DNA from: an uncultured Acidobacterium sp.
GTDB lineage: Bacteria; Acidobacteriota; Vicinamibacteria; Vicinamibacterales; UBA2999
DNA length: 64,000 nucleotides
Assembly (NCBI GenBank): GCA_964628295.1
Contig: CAZVLS010000016.1
Location: 10,933-74,932 of the forward strand
Reading direction: 5' to 3'
Each line of letters starts with the position of its first letter. The first letter of the stretch is position 1. Below the pieces are notes generated by a model. It was not told the origin of the DNA, did not search any database, and saw nothing but the letters and a program-made list of their open reading frames with translations. This document shows, piece after piece, positions 10,015-16,534 of the stretch. Made by a program: the position numbers and the translations under genes.

Positions 10015-12867
10015 GTGACGCCCTTCCATTCCAAGTTCTGGGCATACGAGCTGACCCGGCGCGCCCCGGCTGACTCCATGGATCGGCTGGCCACCGCTCT
10101 CGTAGACGCTCAGGTCGACCTCAATCCTCATCAGATCGATGCCGCGCTCTTCGCCTTTCGATCACCGCTGTCAAAAGGCGTGCTGTTGGCTGACGAGGTG
10201 GGACTCGGCAAGACGATTGAGGCCGGGCTGGTGCTCGCCCAGAAGTGGGCCGAGCGGCGCCGGCGGCTGCTGGTCGTCACGCCATCCAATCTCCGCAAGC
10301 AGTGGCACCAGGAATTGAGCGACAAGTTCTTCCTCCCTTGCTCGATCGTTGAGTCCAAGCCCTACAACGAGGACGTCAAGCAGGGGCGGTTCAGGCCCTT
10401 CGAGCGCGACTCCATCGTCATTTGCTCGTATCAGTTCGCCCGCAACAAGGCCGCCGACATCAACGCCGTGCCCTGGGACTTGGTCGTGATGGACGAGGCG
10501 CACCGCCTCCGCAACGTCTACAAGCCCGGCAACGTGATTGCCAACACGCTGAAGCAGGCGCTGGCGCATGCGCCGAAGCTGCTGCTGACGGCCACACCGC
10601 TTCAGAATTCGCTCCTCGAGCTGTTCGGGCTGGTCAGCATCCTGGACGAGCAGGTGTTCGGAGACGTGCAGAGCTTTCGCGATCAGTATCTGCGCCTTGA
10701 CGAACAGCAGGTATTCCGAACACTAAAGAACCGCTTGAGGCCGGTGTGCCAGCGCACGCTTCGACGCCAGGTGACGGCTTACATCTCGTATACCCGGCGG
10801 CTGCCTCTCGTAGAGGAATTCACGCCGGCGCAGGCTGAGGACCACCTCTACTACGCGGTGTCCGACTACCTGTGCCGCCCCAACCTCCAGGCGCTGCCCT
10901 CCAGCCAGCGCGCGCTGATGACGCTGGTTCTTCGCAAGCTACTCGCCTCGTCTACGTTCGCGATCGCCGGCGCGCTCGAAACACTGATCAGGCGGTTGCG
11001 CGCGAAGATCCAGAAGCACGAGCCTGTGGAGCCGCTCAGCGAAGAGATGGAGCGTGACTTCGAGGGGCTGACCGAAGTTGCCGACGAGTGGGAGGAAGAC
11101 CCGGGCCCTCCGCTGTCGGACGCCGACCGTGCGGCCCTCGAGCGCGAGATCGCGGATCTGGAGGAATTTCGCAACCTCGCCACGTCGATCACGCACAACG
11201 CCAAAGGACAGGCGCTGCTGAAGGCGCTCGGCGTTGGCATGGCAAAGGCGGCCGAACTGGGCGCTGCCGAGAAGGCCATTGTCTTTACCGAATCGCGAAA
11301 GACTCAGGAATACCTGCTTCGCATCCTCGCCGACAGTCCCTGGAAAGACGGCATTGTCCTGTTCAACGGCTCGAACACCGACGAGGGGTCGAGAGCCATC
11401 TTCGCGGAGTGGAAGACACGGCACGAAGGCACCGATCGGGTCACCGGCTCGAAGACCGCCGACATGCGCTCGGCACTGGTCGAATATTTCCGCGAGCGCG
11501 GTCAGATCATGATCGCCACCGAAGCCGCCGCCGAGGGCATCAACCTGCAGTTCTGTTCGCTGGTCGTCAACTACGACCTGCCATGGAATCCGCAGCGCAT
11601 CGAACAGCGCATCGGCCGGTGCCATCGCTACGGCCAGAAACACGACGTCGTCGTCTTGAACTTCCTCAATCGGAGCAACGCCGCCGACCAGCGCGTGTTT
11701 CAGTTGCTCTCGGAGAAGTTCCGGCTGTTCGACGGCGTGTTCGGCGCCAGCGACGAGGTCCTTGGCGCCATTGAGTCCGGCGTTGATCTCGAAAAGCGCA
11801 TTGCCGGCATCTATCAGACCTGCCGCAAGCCGGACGAGATCAAGCAGGCCTTCGATCAGTTACAGCTCGAGCTCACCTCCGAGATCGAAGAGACGCTCAG
11901 CGCCGCGCGCCAGAACCTGCTCGAGACTTTTGACGATGAGGTGCGGGAGAAGCTGAAGATCAGGGATGCGGCATCGAAGTCGTCGCTCGGCCGATACGAG
12001 CGGCTGCTGATGGACATCACCAGACACGAGCTTCGCGACCACGCGCGATTCGTTGATGACAGCACGTTCGAGCTGCAGACCATTCCGAGTGCCGGCGCGG
12101 GTGTGCCCCTCGGACTTTATGAACTCCCCCGCAGATCCGGCAACGCGCATTTCTACCGGCTGAACCACCCACTTGCCGACCTTGTCGTGCAGCAGGCCAA
12201 GGCGCGGACTTTGAACAGCGGTGATCCTGTTGACGTTGCGTTCGACCTCACGAGCTACGCGGGGAAGGTGTCGGCGGTCGAGCCGTTGCGAGGTCAGGGG
12301 GGATGGCTGCGTGTGACATCCGTTGCCATCGAATCAATGGATCAGGCGGAGGATCACCTGCTGGTCGCGGCAACCACCGACGCCGGTGAGCCGGTCGACG
12401 GGGATATTGCGCGCCGATTATTCAGCCTTCCGGCAGCGGTCGGCGGGCACCTGCCTCTTGGTGGAGACATCTCTGCCCTCGAGCGGCTGGCGGCAGGACA
12501 GCAGTCGAAGATTCAGGAGAAGATTTCATCGGCCAACCTGGAACTGTTCGAAGCAGAGTCAGACAAGCTCGATGGTTGGGCGGACGACTTGAAGCTCGGA
12601 CTCGAGCGGGACATCAAGGAACTGGACAAGCAGATCAAGGAAGCGCGGAAGGCTGCGACGGTCACGACCTCACTTGAAGCCAAGCTTGCGGCCCAGAAGC
12701 GGATGAAGGCCATTGAGGCGGAACGCAACACCAGGCGGCGTTCGCTCTTCGACGCCCAGGACGAAATCGATCGCAAGCGCGGCGAACTGATCGCGCAGAT
12801 TGAAGGTAAGCTTGGCCAACGAATCACATCCGAACATTTGTTCACGATTCGCTGGAGAGTTGTGTAA
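10015..12867 (+). CDS. SNF2-family (SF2) helicase/translocase with a ~300-aa unassigned C-terminal region ending in a long coiled coil
   Basis: Walker A ADEVGLGKTIEAG, DEAH box VVMDEAHRLRN, Helicase_C motif VI QRIGRCHRYGQ. The track ORF starts at 9673 but overlaps the M16 gene. I prefer the in-frame GTG at 10015 (VTPFHSKFWAYELTRR...); the alternative is ATG at 10078. Confidence 0.85.
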   Translation: MTPFHSKFWAYELTRRAPADSMDRLATALVDAQVDLNPHQIDAALFAFRSPLSKGVLLADEVGLGKTIEAGLVLAQKWAERRRRLLVVTPSNLRKQWHQELSDKFFLPCSIVESKPYNEDVKQGRFRPFERDSIVICSYQFARNKAADINAVPWDLVVMDEAHRLRNVYKPGNVIANTLKQALAHAPKLLLTATPLQNSLLELFGLVSILDEQVFGDVQSFRDQYLRLDEQQVFRTLKNRLRPVCQRTLRRQVTAYISYTRRLPLVEEFTPAQAEDHLYYAVSDYLCRPNLQALPSSQRALMTLVLRKLLASSTFAIAGALETLIRRLRAKIQKHEPVEPLSEEMERDFEGLTEVADEWEEDPGPPLSDADRAALEREIADLEEFRNLATSITHNAKGQALLKALGVGMAKAAELGAAEKAIVFTESRKTQEYLLRILADSPWKDGIVLFNGSNTDEGSRAIFAEWKTRHEGTDRVTGSKTADMRSALVEYFRERGQIMIATEAAAEGINLQFCSLVVNYDLPWNPQRIEQRIGRCHRYGQKHDVVVLNFLNRSNAADQRVFQLLSEKFRLFDGVFGASDEVLGAIESGVDLEKRIAGIYQTCRKPDEIKQAFDQLQLELTSEIEETLSAARQNLLETFDDEVREKLKIRDAASKSSLGRYERLLMDITRHELRDHARFVDDSTFELQTIPSAGAGVPLGLYELPRRSGNAHFYRLNHPLADLVVQQAKARTLNSGDPVDVAFDLTSYAGKVSAVEPLRGQGGWLRVTSVAIESMDQAEDHLLVAATTDAGEPVDGDIARRLFSLPAAVGGHLPLGGDISALERLAAGQQSKIQEKISSANLELFEAESDKLDGWADDLKLGLERDIKELDKQIKEARKAATVTTSLEAKLAAQKRMKAIEAERNTRRRSLFDAQDEIDRKRGELIAQIEGKLGQRITSEHLFTIRWRVV

Positions 12868-12933
12868 GCCAGGGCCACAGATGGCGCAGAGTTCTTAGCC
12901 AGGGCCGCAGAAAGCACAGATAGCTCAGATTCA
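12868..12933. repeat. Two tandem copies (30-nt spacing) of the GCCAGGGCCRCAGA... element, filling the entire SNF2-mod intergenic spacer
   Basis: gccagggccacagatggcgcaga (12868) and gccagggccgcagaaagcacagatagctcaga (12898). CAGA recurs at 12878, 12887, 12908, 12917 and 12926 (period 9). Confidence 0.8.
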
Positions 12934-14550
12934 ATGACCAAGAAACAAAAGCTCGAGCTCACGTGGATCGGCAAGGAGCATCGTCCTCGCCTCGAGCCGC
13001 GCATCCTGCTCGAGGATCCGGCGAAGGCGTATCACGCGAAGCATCGCGTCACCGACCACGACATCTTCGACAACCGGTTGATCTTCGGCGATAACTTACT
13101 GGCGCTGAAAGCGCTCGAGCAGGAGTTCACGGGGAAGGTGAAGTGCATCTTCATCGATCCTCCGTACAACACCGGCAGTGCGTTTGAGCACTACGACGAT
13201 GGACTGGAGCATTCGATCTGGTTGTCGATGATGCGCGACAGGCTGGAGTTGCTGAGGAGGCTCCTCAGAGAAGACGGCTCGCTGTGGATAACCGTCGACG
13301 ACAACGAAGCGCACTACCTCAAAGTGGTCTGCGACGAACTCCTAGGACGCGCGAACTTTGTTGCCACTTTCGCTTGGGAGAAGGACCAGGGGCGGCGGAA
13401 CGACACTGATGTCTCCTCCGCTTACGACCACATCCTTCTCTATGCGCGGGATCGAGCGATTTGGAGAAAGACGAGAAACCTACTTCCTAGGACCGAGGAG
13501 CAGAAAAGAAGATATCGGAATCCGGACAACGATCCGCGAGGTCCTTGGTTGCAGGGCGACAATGGAACCGCAAAAAGCGGTGGCGAAAGTGCTCGGTTTG
13601 AGATCACCCTGCCTTCGGGCCGAGTAGTGGTTCCACCTAAGGGCAACTATTGGCGTTTTTCGCCGGCATCATTCGAAGAAGCACGGGCGGAAGGCCGAGT
13701 CTACTTCGGTGCTGATGGCGATGGTATGCCTCTGATCAAGCGGTATATCACCGACGTTCAAGACGGTGTCGTTCCCAGAACCTGGTGGCCTGCGAGCGAG
13801 GTTGGTTCCAACCAGGATGCTAAACGCGACCATCTGCGCAAGCTCCTTCCGGAGATCGAACCGTTTGCGACGCCGAAACCAGAAACACTAATCTCACGAA
13901 TTCTGGAGATCTCGACCGGTCCCGGAGACCTCGTGCTCGACTCTTTCGCAGGGTCGGGTACGACTGCTGCCGTGGCGCACAAGCTCGGGCGAAAGTGGAT
14001 CACGGTCGAAGTGCGCGATCACTGCCACACGCACCTCATCCCTCGACTCAAGAAGGTCGTAGACGGCGACGACCCGGGCGGCGTGACCGAATCGACTGGG
14101 TGGAAGGGGGGCGGCGGATTCCGCTACTACAAGCTCGCGCCGTCGCTGCTCGAGCGCGACAAGTGGGGCAACTGGGTGATCAACAGGGAATACAACGCCG
14201 CCATGCTCGCCGAGGCGTTGTGCAAGCTCGAGGGCTTCACCTATCAGCCGAGCGACAGCATTTCGTGGCAGCACGGCCACTCGACCGAGCGCGACTTCAT
14301 CTACGTGACCACCCAGACGCTGACCGAAGAACAGTTGCGGCAGTTGAGCGACGATGTGGGAGCGGAGCGAACGCTGCTGGTGCTGTGCACGGCGTTTCGC
14401 GGCAAGGCGGACGCGTTTGCCAATCTGACTATCAAGAAGATCCCCAAGACCGTGCTGTCGCGCTGCGAATGGGGCCGCGACGACTACTCGCTCGAGGTGC
14501 AGAACCTCGCGCCGGCGCCGCCGAAGGCCGGGCAGCAGGGACTGTTCTGA
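12934..14550 (+). CDS. mod: Type III-like DNA methyltransferase (Mod; beta-class N6-adenine/N4-cytosine MTase)
   Basis: 538 aa. Motif IV DPPY at aa 75-78 precedes the AdoMet motif I LDSFAGSGTTAAVA, with a variable middle (TRD-like) region. This is the motif order of type III Mod / N6_N4_Mtase proteins. Confidence 0.9.
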   Translation: MTKKQKLELTWIGKEHRPRLEPRILLEDPAKAYHAKHRVTDHDIFDNRLIFGDNLLALKALEQEFTGKVKCIFIDPPYNTGSAFEHYDDGLEHSIWLSMMRDRLELLRRLLREDGSLWITVDDNEAHYLKVVCDELLGRANFVATFAWEKDQGRRNDTDVSSAYDHILLYARDRAIWRKTRNLLPRTEEQKRRYRNPDNDPRGPWLQGDNGTAKSGGESARFEITLPSGRVVVPPKGNYWRFSPASFEEARAEGRVYFGADGDGMPLIKRYITDVQDGVVPRTWWPASEVGSNQDAKRDHLRKLLPEIEPFATPKPETLISRILEISTGPGDLVLDSFAGSGTTAAVAHKLGRKWITVEVRDHCHTHLIPRLKKVVDGDDPGGVTESTGWKGGGGFRYYKLAPSLLERDKWGNWVINREYNAAMLAEALCKLEGFTYQPSDSISWQHGHSTERDFIYVTTQTLTEEQLRQLSDDVGAERTLLVLCTAFRGKADAFANLTIKKIPKTVLSRCEWGRDDYSLEVQNLAPAPPKAGQQGLF

Positions 14551-14572
14551 TCAGGGACTAGGGACTAAGGAG
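14551..14572. repeat. Heptamer array tcaggga-ctaggga-ctaagga-g directly after the mod stop
   Basis: Read directly. It shares TCAGGGACT with the array at 59386 and the unit with the array at 172-194. Confidence 0.75.
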
Positions 14573-14756
14573 TTTGATCCCAGGGCTTCTGCCAGGGTTT
14601 CAGCGGCCGGCGGGCGCCGACGATCTGCACGTAAAGGTGCTGCGCCTGCACGAGTTGGCGAAGCTTTTCTTCTAACGGGGCGGCGCGGCGAGATTGCCGG
14701 AGGGCCGCTTTACCGCGTCGCAGGCGCGAGATGAGCTGCGGCGGGACATCTGCCAT
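14565..14756 (-). CDS. Possible small Arg-rich helical protein (63 aa), 3 nt downstream of the NTase gene; may be non-coding
   Basis: Track ORF MADVPPQLISRLRRGKAALRQSRRAAPLEEKLRQL... The spacing suggests translational coupling, but no recognisable domain is present. Confidence 0.3.
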   Translation of the reverse strand: MADVPPQLISRLRRGKAALRQSRRAAPLEEKLRQLVQAQHLYVQIVGARRPLKPWQKPWDQTP

Positions 14757-14759
14757 GCG

Positions 14760-15254
14760 CTACCAAGATAGCGCATGCTTCGCGAGGATGTCATCGAGGA
14801 GCGTCTGATCGACGACGGCGGCCTCGCGCAACCGCAGGGCCCGCTCCTTACGGACCGAGTTGTTCGCCGGCGGCTGCAGCCAGGTCGCAATCAGGTACTC
14901 CGGCCGGACGACGCGGACGGGAACGCCGTCGACGTCGAGAGTCGCGGCCCGCTCCACTGCCTCCTCATGCAGCAGGTTCGGCGCCGGCACAAACTGCACC
15001 GGAATGTCGCTGATGAAGATGTGGCTGCCCTCCTCTCGATACCCGTTGCGCCGTGCCCAGTCATAAAGCGGCCCCACGTCGACGAGCGATCCCGGCGGCG
15101 CATCGAGCAGGACGAGCACGTCGACATCAAAGGTCGCGACCGCCTCGTCCCAGAACATTTGGGCAATGGCGCCGAACACGGCGTAATCACGCACGATGCC
15201 TTGCCGCTTCAGCTCGGCGAAGGCGGCCAGCACGTCCTTGAACCTGGGAAACAT
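14760..15254 (-). CDS. Minimal nucleotidyltransferase-fold (Pol-beta/MNT superfamily) protein
   Basis: 164 aa. FGAIAQMFWDEAVATFDVDVLV fits G[SA]-x(n)-DxD, with a downstream acidic SDIPV strand. No HEPN-like partner is recognisable. Confidence 0.55.
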   Translation of the reverse strand: MFPRFKDVLAAFAELKRQGIVRDYAVFGAIAQMFWDEAVATFDVDVLVLLDAPPGSLVDVGPLYDWARRNGYREEGSHIFISDIPVQFVPAPNLLHEEAVERAATLDVDGVPVRVVRPEYLIATWLQPPANNSVRKERALRLREAAVVDQTLLDDILAKHALSW

Positions 15255-15312
15255 CGAGTCAGCTCAGTTGAACATCATCTCAAACATAGAGTTCGGGACC
15301 GATACCCGGCAG

Positions 15313-16437
15313 CTAGCCGTCGACCAGGGTGAACGGATCCACATTGGTCGGCGGCTCCCAGGCCGCCTGGAACAGCTTCTTGAGCTTCGCTGACGCAAGG
15401 TAATATCGGCCTCGCTTCTCGCCGTGCGCCACGAGCAGTCCTGCTTCGACCATCGCCTTCAGGTCGCGGCTCGCGGTCAGTTCGGAGATCTCCGCGCTCT
15501 TGCGATACAGCGGATTTCTGACCTTGTAGCCGATGGCCGCGTCGCTCAAGGCGGGCAACATGCGATCCGGCATCTGCTTCTCGTTCAGAAGCGCCTCGAG
15601 CGCGTCCCAGAGCCGCTGGTAGATTCGGCTCCACTGCACGAGCCACGTCGCCTGGTGATAGTGCGCGGTGAGGCAGAAGCGAAGCCACGGCCGCGCATCG
15701 CGTTCGGGATGCCACGCCCCGCCGCCGACGGCACCGAGCACGTCGTAGTACGGCTGCTGATTGCGTCCCAGATACTCCTCGATGCTCGAGAACGCCGGGG
15801 CCAGGATCTGCTCGCGCGCCAGGACCAGCGTCTGCAGGCAGCGGCCCATTCGGCCGTTGCCGTCCGAGAACGGATGAATCATCACCAGGTTGAGATGCGC
15901 CATGGCTGCGCGCACGATGATCGGCGCCGACGTTGACGCGTTCAGCTCGTCGACCAGCTCGCGCATCAGCTCGTTCACCTGTGACTCGGGCGGGCCTTCG
16001 TACACGGTTTCACCGGTGATCTCATTGCGAACGTAGATCGGGCCCGGACGCCACTTGCCAGGGTGCTTGACGAGCTCGTGGTGCAGCATCATGAAGTGCA
16101 GGCTGCGAATCAGGTCTCGCGAGTAGGAGAAGTGCGGGTCGTCGGCGAGCTGGAGGACGTAGGTCATGGCGTTCTGGTAGCCCGTGACCGCGAGCCAGGC
16201 ATCACTCCCCGCATCCAGCGGCTCCTCGTTGTCGACCGCCGCAATCGCATCGTCTACCGTGACATGGATGCCTTCGATGCTGTTGGAGCCTTGCACGGCG
16301 CGGGCCTGAACCATGCGGCGAATGCTGCCGGTCCAGCGGCGTGACGCCACGGCGTAGCTCAAAGTCGTCCGAACCTCATCTATTCGGGCTACTACCGCCA
16401 GCTCCGCCTCGTTTAACTCTGGTGTTTTGAACAACAT
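15313..16437 (-). CDS. Fic-domain protein (AMPylase family) with an N-terminal inhibitory-helix motif and a C-terminal wHTH-like tail
   Basis: 374 aa. Fic core HPFSDGNGRMGR (HxFx[DE]GNGRxxR). SNSIEG matches [ST]xxxE[GN]. Confidence 0.9.
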   Translation of the reverse strand: MLFKTPELNEAELAVVARIDEVRTTLSYAVASRRWTGSIRRMVQARAVQGSNSIEGIHVTVDDAIAAVDNEEPLDAGSDAWLAVTGYQNAMTYVLQLADDPHFSYSRDLIRSLHFMMLHHELVKHPGKWRPGPIYVRNEITGETVYEGPPESQVNELMRELVDELNASTSAPIIVRAAMAHLNLVMIHPFSDGNGRMGRCLQTLVLAREQILAPAFSSIEEYLGRNQQPYYDVLGAVGGGAWHPERDARPWLRFCLTAHYHQATWLVQWSRIYQRLWDALEALLNEKQMPDRMLPALSDAAIGYKVRNPLYRKSAEISELTASRDLKAMVEAGLLVAHGEKRGRYYLASAKLKKLFQAAWEPPTNVDPFTLVDG

Positions 16438-16534
16438 ACGAAAATCATGTTAGTCATATCGTAAAGATAATTATTAATTGTCACTGTGCTCGAATGCATC
16501 GGCCGCGTGGTCCTGAGGTATTGTCGGCACACGC
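16438..16534. promoter_or_regulatory. AT-rich divergent intergenic region between fic (-) and res (+); probable promoter/operator region
   Basis: The conspicuously AT-rich stretch tcatgttagtcatatcgtaaagataattattaattgtcactg sits in an otherwise GC-rich window and contains the palindromic core ataattat. No confident -35/-10 pair could be assigned. Confidence 0.35.

Noticed and set aside
12868-14550. Phase-variable type III mod gene (phasevarion)
   Set aside because: Phasevarions rely on perfect simple-sequence repeats inside the mod ORF or promoter. I found no perfect SSR tract within mod. The upstream 9-nt-periodic element is degenerate and is also found at unrelated loci.
14574-14675. 33-aa plus-strand ORF (TTG start) following the AAGGAG in the heptamer array, antisense to the 63-aa ORF
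   Set aside because: The AAGGAG ends only 1 nt before the TTG, too close for a functional Shine-Dalgarno spacing. The start is non-ATG, the ORF is short, and there is no supporting feature.
14551-16534. Fic/NTase cassette as a discrete mobile element
   Set aside because: There is no integrase, transposase or recombinase gene and no terminal inverted or direct repeats that I could pair. Base composition looks like the surroundings, apart from the short AT-rich patch. Insertion remains possible but is unsupported.
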